A DNA stretch of 64,000 nt from Heliomicrobium sp. (GTDB lineage Bacteria; Acidobacteriota; Blastocatellia; RBC074): NCBI GenBank assembly GCA_021155085.1, contig JAJNQA010000048.1, positions 4,023 through 68,022 on the forward strand, written 5' to 3'. A program made the position numbers and the translations under genes. Of this stretch, positions 8,918 through 17,841 are shown piece by piece (positions within the stretch are counted from its first letter, which is position 1; each line of letters opens with the position of its first letter). The notes beneath the pieces were generated by a model. The model searched no databases, had not been told where the DNA came from, and saw only the letters and a program-made list of their open reading frames with translations.

Positions 8918-10627
8918 TTAATTGCCCTCCCTGCGGCTCAAATCGAGCGGCAAAATAACCGTCGCTTCGGCGTCGTTGGTGACGGTGACGCGCTGTTTGG
9001 TGTTGGCGATCAGTTTGGCGAGTTCGTCGTAACCGGGGAGCGTCTCATCGCCGCGCACGTAGGAACTCAGCACAATTTCGTATTCGCCGGGCGCGAGTTT
9101 TTCGATTCGGAACACGCCGGTCGGTTCAACCGGAACGGAATTACCCGACGCCAGACTGCTGTCCACGCGCCGTGCGCGCGCCATCAGTTGAACAAGGGCG
9201 GGCAAACTTCCACCGGCAGGTTTCACCTGCCCGCGCACCACGCCCGTTCCGAACCCCAGAATCACGCGCACGCCGGTGACGTTTTCGCCCGCGCCGACTT
9301 CGATTCCATCGCCAGCCAGCGCGCCTGCGTGTTCAATTCGCAGCAGCGAAAATCCGCGTCCTCGCGATTCCGAACCGAGCGTGATCGCCGCTTTGCCCGC
9401 TTGCAGGCCGTCAAACCGGAAGCTTCCATTGGCTGCGGGCCTGGTGTTATTGCGCGAATTGGGCGCAATCAATTGCGGTGACGTGATCGAAACAAAAAGT
9501 TGCAATTGCGTCAGCCGCGCCAGCAAGGCCGGATCGGAAATGCCTTCCAGCAGGGCGACGCCGCTGAGGGAGGCTCCACGGTGCAGCTTGATTTTCACGC
9601 CGGTCACGTCGCCATCGCCGATTTCAAACGCCACGGGCTCGCTGTAGGAAGGATCGGTTTTCTCCGGTTGGGCAAAGGCCAGATATTGGCCGGGCAGAAT
9701 GTTTTGAATCCTGAATTCGCCCTGGGAATTCGTGCGTTCTCCGGTCAGGGCGGAAGCTCCCATGGTTTGGCCGTTGTTGGTTTTGACGCCGTAGGAAACC
9801 GCGACATTTGCCGCCGGTTGGCCGTTTTCGGCGTAAACGACGCGGCCCGCCACATCGAAATTTTTCTTCAGTCCGCCGACGGTGATGTCCACGCCGGTGG
9901 TTTCGCGGCCTTCGGTCACTTCGACGATTTTGGCCTGGGCTTCGCTGGTGGCGTCCGGGTGATAAGTCTTGGGATAAAACGTTCGTTGCGTGGTCATCGC
10001 AATCGAGTTCGGACGCTGCTCGAATCCAACGCTGACCAGATAACGTCCCGCCGGCAAACCATACACGCGGTAAATGCCACGATCATCCGCGCTGTACAAG
10101 TTTCCGTTCGGTCCCAGAAAGACGCGCTCCGGTTTGCCCTGTTCGTTCAGGCGCCCCAGTTCCACGCCGTTGCCGACCAGCGGATTGCCGTTGGCGTCGC
10201 TCAAACGGCCCGTGATCACGCCGCCGAATTTCAGCGGGATTTCGTAGTTTTCGATGTTTTCGCCGTCAGCAATGTTGATGGCTTTGCCTTGCGGGCCGAA
10301 GCGGTTTTCGTTCGGCGAGACGTAACCGGGCGTAATCGCGCCCAGGTAATACAGCCCGGCTTTGACCTTTTCGATACGAAAGCGCCCGGCGTCATCGGTC
10401 TTCACGCGCAGGACGTTTTTCAACTCGAATCTGTTCGTGCGGCTGTCGGGCGACAGCGCGACAGTTGCGCCGCGCACGGGTTCGCCTTTCAGCGTGACCA
10501 CGCCGGAAACGGTGGCGGTGCCTTCTTTGATTGGCGTTTGGGCCAAGAGTGGAAAAGAAAGCGTTGCAAGCAGCAGGAATATAGCCGTGATGGGTTGGCA
10601 GGTTTGCATCATCAGTTTCCTCTTCAT
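8918..10627 (-). CDS. Secreted multi-CarboxypepD_reg-like repeat protein, type B, copy 1 (569 aa)
   Basis: It has a signal peptide ending ...FPLLAQ and five modules (TATVSGVVTLKGEPV..., GGVITGRLSDANGNPL...DDRGIYRVYGLPAGRYLV, FDVAGRVVYAENGQP..., GASLSGVALLEG..., TGVVRGQVKPAGG...). The mature chain has no Cys. Confidence 0.85.
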   Translation of the reverse strand: MKRKLMMQTCQPITAIFLLLATLSFPLLAQTPIKEGTATVSGVVTLKGEPVRGATVALSPDSRTNRFELKNVLRVKTDDAGRFRIEKVKAGLYYLGAITPGYVSPNENRFGPQGKAINIADGENIENYEIPLKFGGVITGRLSDANGNPLVGNGVELGRLNEQGKPERVFLGPNGNLYSADDRGIYRVYGLPAGRYLVSVGFEQRPNSIAMTTQRTFYPKTYHPDATSEAQAKIVEVTEGRETTGVDITVGGLKKNFDVAGRVVYAENGQPAANVAVSYGVKTNNGQTMGASALTGERTNSQGEFRIQNILPGQYLAFAQPEKTDPSYSEPVAFEIGDGDVTGVKIKLHRGASLSGVALLEGISDPALLARLTQLQLFVSITSPQLIAPNSRNNTRPAANGSFRFDGLQAGKAAITLGSESRGRGFSLLRIEHAGALAGDGIEVGAGENVTGVRVILGFGTGVVRGQVKPAGGSLPALVQLMARARRVDSSLASGNSVPVEPTGVFRIEKLAPGEYEIVLSSYVRGDETLPGYDELAKLIANTKQRVTVTNDAEATVILPLDLSRREGN

Positions 10628-10631
10628 GTGT

Positions 10632-10679
10632 GACAGGCTTGCGACCTGTCTACAGTGTGGACAGGCCGCAAGCCTGTCC
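10632..10679. repeat. Cassette-boundary double-hairpin element (GACAGGC..GCCTGTC x2)
   Basis: In gacaggcttgcgacctgtc-tacagtgtg-gacaggccgcaagcctgtc the outer 12-mers are exact reverse complements. The element lies between the type-A stop (10685) and the type-B start (10627). Confidence 0.7.
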
Positions 10680-10684
10680 TACAT

Positions 10685-12430
10685 TCATTTTGTCAGCACG
10701 TAATCCTTCAGGTGCTGGCAGGCTTTCAACTCGATTTCGTTTTTGTCGGCGTCCTTGCGCAGCCGGGCGCGGCCAGCAGTATCCCAGGCGGCGGGAACCG
10801 GCAGGCGGTTCGCGGGTTCATCGTCGGGAACAGCGCGCACCAGCAAGCGGTATTTGCCCGGCGCGAGATTTGTAAACGTGAATGCGCCGTCGTCGCCAAT
10901 CAAGGTTTCCGCGTAGCGCAGCACTTCGTCCGTTGCGGCCGGTTCCGCCGGAACCAGGTGAACGCGCAATCGGGAAGGCAGCTTTGCGCCCGCTTTGGCG
11001 GCGACTTTGCCGCGCAAACTGGCTGCGCCTTCGGCGATGGTGATGGCGACGCCGGAAAGTTTCTCGCCGGATTTCAGGGCTACGCCGGAGCGCGCCAGAT
11101 CGTTGGCGGCGGATTTGCCCGGCGCGCCAGTTCCCGTGCCGGAACCGGCGATGGATTTCACGAACCAGTTTTCGGTCGGCAGATTCGGACTCAGATGAAA
11201 CCTGCCTGGCGGCAGCGCGGTGATTTTGAACTCGCCTTTTTCATTGACCGAAAAAAAGGCCGGAAAAGAGCGCAGTGAGGAGAGCATGTCGGTGGGCTGC
11301 TCTTCGCGACGGGACCACAGCAGAACTTCCTGAATCGTGCTTTTGTCTTTTGGACATGGTGTGGGCGCTGTTTCCAGCGTCACGCGACCGGCAATCGAAC
11401 CCATCGGCAGCAATCGAAGCTCCAGGCCCGTCACGTCGCTGCCACGAACCGTGACGCGGCGCGGTTCAGTAAAAGAACTGCTTTCACCGTCGGCGCTGCC
11501 GCGATTCGCCTGCAGTTCATATTCGCCGTCGGGAACGCCCAGAAATGAAAAGCCGTTTTCGCCTTCGCCCGCGCGGGTGGACGTGCTGCCGGCAAGTATG
11601 CCGGAAGGCGAACTCAGCAGCATGACGCTCGACAGATAGGAAACCATCTCTGTGGAAGAGTCGCTGCCGCCGATGACTTTGCCGCTGACGATGTGGCCAC
11701 GGTCGCCGCGATGGCGGATGTCTATGCCGGAAATTTCGGCGCTTCCGGCGACCTGGACTTCGACGGCGGTGTCTCGCGTTGCTGAGGGATGGTAGGTCGG
11801 CGCGTCGCCATCGAAAGGCAATTGCGTGTTGGCGAACATCGAACCCCCGTAGTTGTTGGCAACCAGATACGTTCCGGGCGTCAACCCGTACAGCCTGTAA
11901 ATGCCGCGATCATCTGTCAGGCGCGTGCGGGAAGGCCCTGCCAATTGAACCGGACGGCCTTCAGCGTCGCGGACGCGAATCGCCGTGACAGAAACGCCGA
12001 TCATCGGGTCGCCGTTGGCATAAATCACCCTCCCGGTGATGACGCCGCCGCGAATCATCCGAAGTGCGATTTGGTCGCCCGGACGGTAGAGCGTCGCTGG
12101 CGTGTTGGCTGGGCGCTGTGGCGGCGAGTAAGCGCCGGATTCCATCACCGCCACGGAATAGGTGCGCGTCGGCAAATTGGTGAACTGAAAGTTTCCGTCG
12201 GCGTCGGTCACCACAATTTGCGGCGAACTGCCGCCGCTGCCGGCGGGCGCGGCAAACAGGCGAACGCTGACGCCGGACATTGGCGCGCCGTCGTCAGTGA
12301 CGACCTGGCCGGTAATGCTGCCGCGCTTTTGTTGGGCATTGACGGAGGCAAACAGGGAAAGAGCCAGAATCAACGCAAAAGGACAACGGTTCAAAAGATG
12401 ATGCAAATTGAATGTTAACGCGCGCTTCAT
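10685..12430 (-). CDS. Secreted multi-CarboxypepD_reg-like repeat protein, type A, copy 2 (581 aa)
   Basis: It is co-linear with 7196..8917 and shares the module-2 signature DDRGIYRLYGLTPGTYLV and the conserved Cys pair (PTPCPKD and ELKACQ). Its start overlaps the upstream stop (ATGA). Confidence 0.85.
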   Translation of the reverse strand: MKRALTFNLHHLLNRCPFALILALSLFASVNAQQKRGSITGQVVTDDGAPMSGVSVRLFAAPAGSGGSSPQIVVTDADGNFQFTNLPTRTYSVAVMESGAYSPPQRPANTPATLYRPGDQIALRMIRGGVITGRVIYANGDPMIGVSVTAIRVRDAEGRPVQLAGPSRTRLTDDRGIYRLYGLTPGTYLVANNYGGSMFANTQLPFDGDAPTYHPSATRDTAVEVQVAGSAEISGIDIRHRGDRGHIVSGKVIGGSDSSTEMVSYLSSVMLLSSPSGILAGSTSTRAGEGENGFSFLGVPDGEYELQANRGSADGESSSFTEPRRVTVRGSDVTGLELRLLPMGSIAGRVTLETAPTPCPKDKSTIQEVLLWSRREEQPTDMLSSLRSFPAFFSVNEKGEFKITALPPGRFHLSPNLPTENWFVKSIAGSGTGTGAPGKSAANDLARSGVALKSGEKLSGVAITIAEGAASLRGKVAAKAGAKLPSRLRVHLVPAEPAATDEVLRYAETLIGDDGAFTFTNLAPGKYRLLVRAVPDDEPANRLPVPAAWDTAGRARLRKDADKNEIELKACQHLKDYVLTK

Positions 12431-14097
12431 TTGTCATTCTCCTTTTGGCTGAGATCAACGACGAATTCGGTTTGCGTTTCGCCGCTGCTGACCGTGACGC
12501 GGTGAGAGGCTTTGGCGATTGACTCGAACAGCTTCACCATTTCGGGCGTCCGGTTGGCGGAGTAGCCAAAGAGTAGCAATTCGTATTCGCCTGCCACCAG
12601 ATTCTGCAAAACGAACTGATTGCGCGCGTCTACCGAGTTTGCGAATTCGCCGCCAGTTCCCGCGCCGGATCGTTTGGCGATGAGGGTCAGGTTCACGCCT
12701 TCCGGCAAAACTCCGCCGACGAATTTCACCTGCCCGCGAACCGTCGCCGTGCCGTGGCCGAAAATAACGCGAACGTTGGTGAGTTGTTCGCCCGCCTGAA
12801 GCTCCAATCCGTCGGTGACCGGCGCGCCATTATGTTCCACGCGCAGCAGTTTCAACCCGCCGGACGGCGAAAACGCCCGGATGTCCATTTTGCCGGGTTT
12901 TACGGCGGTGAAACGAAACGCGCCGTTGGCGCCGGGTCTGGCGCTGCGGCCACCGATCGCCGTGTCTCTTGAACGCGGATTCAGGTTCAGGTTGAGTTTC
13001 GACAACAGCCCGATGATCGCCGGGTCGCTGGAACCTTCGATCACGGCAAGTCCGCTGATGGAACCGCCGCGATGCGCCCTGATCTCGACGCCGCTGACAT
13101 CGTCACTGTTGATTTCGAAAGGAGCCGGGTCGCTGTAAAACTCGCTTTGCGGATTCGTGCGCGAATCGGCGAACGCGGCATATTTACCGGGCATTACGCC
13201 TTGCAGCACGTATTCGCCCTGCGCATCGGTCATGGCCATTCCCGATCCCCAATTGGTCATGTTGCCGGAAGCGTCCATCAGCCCGTAGCCGATGCGAATG
13301 CCCGCGACCGGTTTTCCGGTGGCGCTTTCCGTGACGCGGCCCGCGACATCGAAGGTTTTTTGGGCTTCACCGAGTTTGATGTCCACCTCCGCCGCTTCCG
13401 AGCCTTCGCTCAGTTCGATGATTTTGGCGCGGGCTTCATCGGTGGTGTCCGGGTGAAACGTCAGCGGGTAAACAATTCGGACTGGCCCGGTCATGGCGGC
13501 TTCATTGGCCAGATTTCCGGAACTGACTTTGTATTTTCCGGCGGGCAGGCTGTGAATCCGGTAAATGCCACGATCATCCGTGCGAAGCATTTCCCAACTG
13601 CCGCCGACGCTGTATCTGGCGAATGTGCCGCGCGCGTCCTGCTTCATCAGCCGGATTTCTTTTTCGACCAGCGGATTGCCCGTTGCATCTGTCAGCCGTC
13701 CGGTGATGACCGCGCCGCGCTTGAGCGCGAGTTCAATGCGTTCGATGGTTTCGCCGTCAGCCAGATTCAGCACCTTGCCGGGCGTGAACTGGGAATCACC
13801 GGCGGAGAGCAATCCGGGGGCGAGCGCCAGAATTCTGTATTGCCCGGCGTTCAACCGCGTGAATTGAAACCGGCCTTCGCTGTCGGTCTGCGCGCGCAAG
13901 TATTTGCTGCGGTCCGGGACGAATGGGCCGCTCGCCTGCTGCTGCGGCTGCAATCCGACGAAGACGCCGGCCGCCGGTTCGCCGTTCAGCAAAACTCGTC
14001 CGGTAATGTTCGCCGTGCCTTCTTTCGTTGGCGTTTGGGCGAGCAGGGAAAGGGAAAGCGCGAAAAACAGAATTGCAAACAGCTTGAGATTTGGCAT
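12427..14097 (-). CDS. Secreted multi-CarboxypepD_reg-like repeat protein, type B, copy 2 (556 aa)
   Basis: It is co-linear with 8918..10627. The signal peptide ends ...LSLLAQ. AGGAGG lies 4 nt upstream of the ATG. The product is Cys-free. Confidence 0.85.
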   Translation of the reverse strand: MPNLKLFAILFFALSLSLLAQTPTKEGTANITGRVLLNGEPAAGVFVGLQPQQQASGPFVPDRSKYLRAQTDSEGRFQFTRLNAGQYRILALAPGLLSAGDSQFTPGKVLNLADGETIERIELALKRGAVITGRLTDATGNPLVEKEIRLMKQDARGTFARYSVGGSWEMLRTDDRGIYRIHSLPAGKYKVSSGNLANEAAMTGPVRIVYPLTFHPDTTDEARAKIIELSEGSEAAEVDIKLGEAQKTFDVAGRVTESATGKPVAGIRIGYGLMDASGNMTNWGSGMAMTDAQGEYVLQGVMPGKYAAFADSRTNPQSEFYSDPAPFEINSDDVSGVEIRAHRGGSISGLAVIEGSSDPAIIGLLSKLNLNLNPRSRDTAIGGRSARPGANGAFRFTAVKPGKMDIRAFSPSGGLKLLRVEHNGAPVTDGLELQAGEQLTNVRVIFGHGTATVRGQVKFVGGVLPEGVNLTLIAKRSGAGTGGEFANSVDARNQFVLQNLVAGEYELLLFGYSANRTPEMVKLFESIAKASHRVTVSSGETQTEFVVDLSQKENDK

Positions 14098-14150
14098 TGG
14101 CTGACCTCCTGAAAAAGTTATAAGTGGTTTTTGACGCGCTGGAAAACGTG

Positions 14151-14188
14151 GGACAGGCTTGCGGCCTGTCTACACTGTGGACAGGCCC
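14151..14188. repeat. Cassette-boundary element, second (partly truncated) copy
   Basis: The sequence ggacaggcttgcggcctgtc-tacactgtg-gacaggcc has the same core and the same position (type-A stop to type-B start) as 10632..10679. Its right arm is shortened. Confidence 0.65.
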
Positions 14189-14192
14189 CGTC

Positions 14193-15980
14193 CTACATTT
14201 GGTTTGGCAGCGCGAGATCTTTGATGCGCTGGCAGGCTTTCAATTCGATTTCGTGTTTGGCGGCTTCGGCGTCTTTGCGCAGTTGAGCGCGGCTGGCTGC
14301 GTCCCAAGCCAGCGGATTCGCTTGCCGTTCGATTTCGTCGCTGTCGGGAAGCGCGCGCGTCAGCAGAAAATATTTCCCCGGCGGGATATTCCGGAAGCCG
14401 AATTCGCCGGTTTTGCTGGCGCGGCTTTCAGCGTAACGCAGCAGCTCATTCGCCGCCGCCGGTTCCGCCGGAATCAGATGAACCTGTAATCGCGATGGCA
14501 GCGGCGCGCCTTCTTTGGCCGCGACTTTTCCCTGTAACGTCGCGCCGCCGTCGCTGACGGCGACGGTCACATCGGAATATCGTTCCGCCGCCTTCAACGC
14601 CAGGCCGCTGCGGCTCAATTCGGCGGTCACGCCGGAACGCACCGGAACGCCTCGGCTGGATAGAGAGATGACCGGGCCGCTGATGGATTTCACAAACCCG
14701 GTTTCGTTTCGCAAACCAGCGGTCAGGCGGTAACGGCCCGGCGTCAACCGCGTGATTTTGAATTCGCCTTGTTCATTCGGCGAACCGCTTCCGTAGGGAA
14801 CCTGCCGGCGGGAAAGCGGTTTGGCGTTGGCGCGTTCGTCGTAAGTTGCAAAGAGGGACATTTCCCCGACGCTGATTTTCCGCTTCGGATCGCAAACCGA
14901 GGCCGATTTTTCAAGCGAGACACGCCCATAAACGATGGCCAGGGAAATCATTGGCAAATCCAGGCCGCTGACATCCGCGCCTTTGACCGTGATGCGGCGG
15001 GGTTCGGACGCGAACATTTCATCGGATTCGGAATTGCCGTAACGCGCCTCCAATTCATATTCGCCATCGGGAACGCCTTGCAGCGCGAAGGTGGATTCGC
15101 CAAGGCCTTTCTGAACGAAGGTGTTGGCGGCAGTGATGCCGGTGGTTGCATCCCGCAGCGTAACGCTCGCGCTGGTATTCAGTAGCGCGAGTTCAGCGCC
15201 GGAGATTTTGCCGCTGACAGTGCGTCCGCTTTCGCCGCGGTGGCGAATGTCCACGCCGGAGGTTTCGCTGCCGCCGCTGACTTTGACTTCGGCGGCGGTG
15301 TCGCGCGTGGATGACGGATGATAGGTCGGCGTTTCGCCATGAAAAGGGGACAACCCAGGCACGACAATAGACTGCCCGCCATTGGCGACGACAATGTAGG
15401 TTCCCGGTTGCAAGCCATACAAACGGTAAATGCCCCGGTCATCCGTGGCGCGCGGAAAGCTGTTGTTGGAGGCGTTGATCTTTTTGTCTTCTTCGTTGCG
15501 GATGCGAATGGCGGAAACCGAAATACCGACGATGGGGTCGCCGTTCGGATCGCTGACGCGGCCCGTGATGACGCCGCCTTTGCGCATGGTGATGGTGACG
15601 GTTTCGCCCGGACGCAAATTGCCCAGTTTGACGGGACCGGCCAGGATGTAGCCTTTCTGAATGCTGAGCGAAATGTTGTAGCTCCGATCCGAAAGATTGT
15701 TGAACTGGAAATTGCCATCCGCGTCCGTGGTCGTTGAGCGGGACGTGCTTTGCGCACTGCCTGATGACAAATGAACGCCGTAATCAGCCAGCGGTTTGCC
15801 GCCATCGGCGACGATGCGGCCACGGATGGAACCGCTTTCCTGGCCGTAAGCCGCTCCCGATGCCAGCAGCCATACGAATAGCCATAGAATTCCGAGAGGT
15901 GTCAGCCGCCGGGTAGAAACAGTCCGGTATGGCCATTTCCCATGATTCTTTTTGCACTCGAAACTTGTCTTGCTTGGCAT
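14193..15980 (-). CDS. Secreted multi-CarboxypepD_reg-like repeat protein, type A, copy 3 (595 aa)
   Basis: It is co-linear with the other type-A genes (DDRGIYRLYGLQPGTYIV; Cys pair ASVCDPK and ELKACQ). The N-terminus before the hydrophobic signal segment is longer. Its ATG lies 2 nt after the upstream stop. Confidence 0.8.
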   Translation of the reverse strand: MPSKTSFECKKNHGKWPYRTVSTRRLTPLGILWLFVWLLASGAAYGQESGSIRGRIVADGGKPLADYGVHLSSGSAQSTSRSTTTDADGNFQFNNLSDRSYNISLSIQKGYILAGPVKLGNLRPGETVTITMRKGGVITGRVSDPNGDPIVGISVSAIRIRNEEDKKINASNNSFPRATDDRGIYRLYGLQPGTYIVVANGGQSIVVPGLSPFHGETPTYHPSSTRDTAAEVKVSGGSETSGVDIRHRGESGRTVSGKISGAELALLNTSASVTLRDATTGITAANTFVQKGLGESTFALQGVPDGEYELEARYGNSESDEMFASEPRRITVKGADVSGLDLPMISLAIVYGRVSLEKSASVCDPKRKISVGEMSLFATYDERANAKPLSRRQVPYGSGSPNEQGEFKITRLTPGRYRLTAGLRNETGFVKSISGPVISLSSRGVPVRSGVTAELSRSGLALKAAERYSDVTVAVSDGGATLQGKVAAKEGAPLPSRLQVHLIPAEPAAANELLRYAESRASKTGEFGFRNIPPGKYFLLTRALPDSDEIERQANPLAWDAASRAQLRKDAEAAKHEIELKACQRIKDLALPNQM

Positions 15981-15982
15981 GG

Positions 15983-17680
15983 CTATTTCTCCTGGCTGAG
16001 GTCAACCGTCAACGATGTTTGGGTTTCGATGCCATCGCTGACCGTCACAAGCTGTTTGACGGCGGCCAGCCGGGGGAAAATCTTCGTCACCATCTCATTG
16101 GTCGGTTTGCCGGTGACGCCATACTGGAGCCGAACTTCGTATTGGCCGGGAACCAAATCCTTAATGATGAAATGTCTGCGTTCGTCGAGCAAAGCGGGAA
16201 CAAGACCGAAGGTATGGTTTTCCGTGCGCCTCAGGTTGACAGATAACCGAATGCCTTCGGGAAGCTCCGCGCCGATGATTTTTACCTGTCCGCGCACGAT
16301 TCCTTCGCCGTAGCCGTAAACAATGCGAATGTCTTTGACCTGTTCGCCGGGGCGAATCTCGAACTCCCTGGTTTTCAATGGCACGCCGTTTCTTTCGACG
16401 CGGAGCAGGGAAGCTTTGAATAATTGGGAATAGCCGGACAACCTGACCTTGCCCGGTGGCAAGCCGACGACGCGGAAACTGCCGTCCGCTCCGACCTTGC
16501 CGGTGCGCGCTCCGGTGAAGGCCGCAGTTGATGAAAATGAGGCTTCGAGTGAAATCTGCGAGCGTCTGGCCAGCACTGCCGGATCGTTTGTGCCTTCGAT
16601 GACGACCGTGCCGCTGATCGAAACCCCGTGCCGTGCTCGGACTTCGACTCCGGCAACGTCGCTGTCAATGATTTCGACAGCCGCCGGCTCGCTGTAGAAA
16701 TCGGTTTTGCCTTCGCGATTTTCAATGAAAATGCCGTGCCTGCCCGGACGCGCACCCAGAATTTGAAACTCGCCCTTGGCGTCGGTGCGCGCGCCGCTTG
16801 TATAACCCATCATTCGCCCGTCCTGATTGAACGTGCCGAACGCCAGACTCGTCCCGGCGACCGGCTGTCCGGTTTCGGCATCCACCACGCGCCCGGAAAT
16901 TTCATAGGCTTTCACCGCTTCCGCGGTTTTGATGTCCACGTCGGAGGCTTCCTGGCCTTCTTCCAGTTCGATAACTTTGGCCAGGGCTTCGTCGTTGGTG
17001 TCGGGGTGAAAGGTTTCCGGAATGTAGGTGCGGGAGGTACGCATCGTGAAGGCATTCGCTCGGACAGGTACTCCCACGCTGACTTTGTATTTGCCTGGGG
17101 GTAAACCGTAGATACGGTACACGCCGCGATCATCGGTTCGATACATCATTGAGCTGGACACCGTATTCATCGGCGGACGCCAGGGCGTGGACTGTCCGGC
17201 GGAATTGATCTGGCTCAATTGAATAGTGGTTTCGATCAGCGGTTCGCCGCTGGCGCCGGTGACGCGGCCCGTAATGACGCAGCCGCGTTTGAGCGTCAGT
17301 TCCAGATTTTCAATGGTTTCGCCGTTCGCGACGCTGATCGTCTTGCCCTGGATTCCGAAGCCTGACTGATTGAGTTGATTGCCTTCCGTCACAAATGCGG
17401 ACGCCAGCGCGCCGATGGTGTATTGTCCGGCGGCGATGCCCGCGATGCGAAATCGCCCGTTGGCGTCGGTTTTCGCGCGCGGCGGAACGGGCTGGCTGGA
17501 ACCGTAGGAATTGATCGCTTGCACGGTGACGACGACATTGCGCATCGGTTCGCCGTTCAAGGTGACGACGCCCGCGATGGTCGCCGCGCCTTCTTTGGGC
17601 GGCGTTTGCGCAAGCAGATTGAATGACAATGCGGAAACGAAAAGCAGGAAAACCCGGCTGAATCTGAGTGCTGGCATCAT
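15983..17680 (-). CDS. Secreted multi-CarboxypepD_reg-like repeat protein, type B, copy 3
   Basis: It is co-linear with the other type-B genes. I place the start at the ATG at 17680, with GGAGG 6 nt upstream, giving MMPALRFSRVFLLFVSALSFNLLAQ. The ORF-track start at 17698 is a TTG lying on the RBS. Confidence 0.8.
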   Translation of the reverse strand: MMPALRFSRVFLLFVSALSFNLLAQTPPKEGAATIAGVVTLNGEPMRNVVVTVQAINSYGSSQPVPPRAKTDANGRFRIAGIAAGQYTIGALASAFVTEGNQLNQSGFGIQGKTISVANGETIENLELTLKRGCVITGRVTGASGEPLIETTIQLSQINSAGQSTPWRPPMNTVSSSMMYRTDDRGVYRIYGLPPGKYKVSVGVPVRANAFTMRTSRTYIPETFHPDTNDEALAKVIELEEGQEASDVDIKTAEAVKAYEISGRVVDAETGQPVAGTSLAFGTFNQDGRMMGYTSGARTDAKGEFQILGARPGRHGIFIENREGKTDFYSEPAAVEIIDSDVAGVEVRARHGVSISGTVVIEGTNDPAVLARRSQISLEASFSSTAAFTGARTGKVGADGSFRVVGLPPGKVRLSGYSQLFKASLLRVERNGVPLKTREFEIRPGEQVKDIRIVYGYGEGIVRGQVKIIGAELPEGIRLSVNLRRTENHTFGLVPALLDERRHFIIKDLVPGQYEVRLQYGVTGKPTNEMVTKIFPRLAAVKQLVTVSDGIETQTSLTVDLSQEK

Positions 17681-17841
17681 TGGAATTCCTCCGATCAATT
17701 GCTGATGGATCAGGTTGTAAAACTTGCGAGAGGGCTTGGTGAAATTTTGACAGGCGGATTGTATTCAGCTTGTAGCGGCGAGGCCAGCTTTTTCATAGTA
17801 TTCTCCGCGTCCAAAACATTTTTTCAGGGAAACATCCAACA

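Noticed and set aside
7196-17680. Phase-variable shufflon, DGR or recent amplification as an explanation for the triplicated cassettes.
   Set aside because: No invertase, recombinase or reverse transcriptase gene and no long identical DNA repeats are present. Cassette copies are only about half identical at the protein level, so they are old paralogs.
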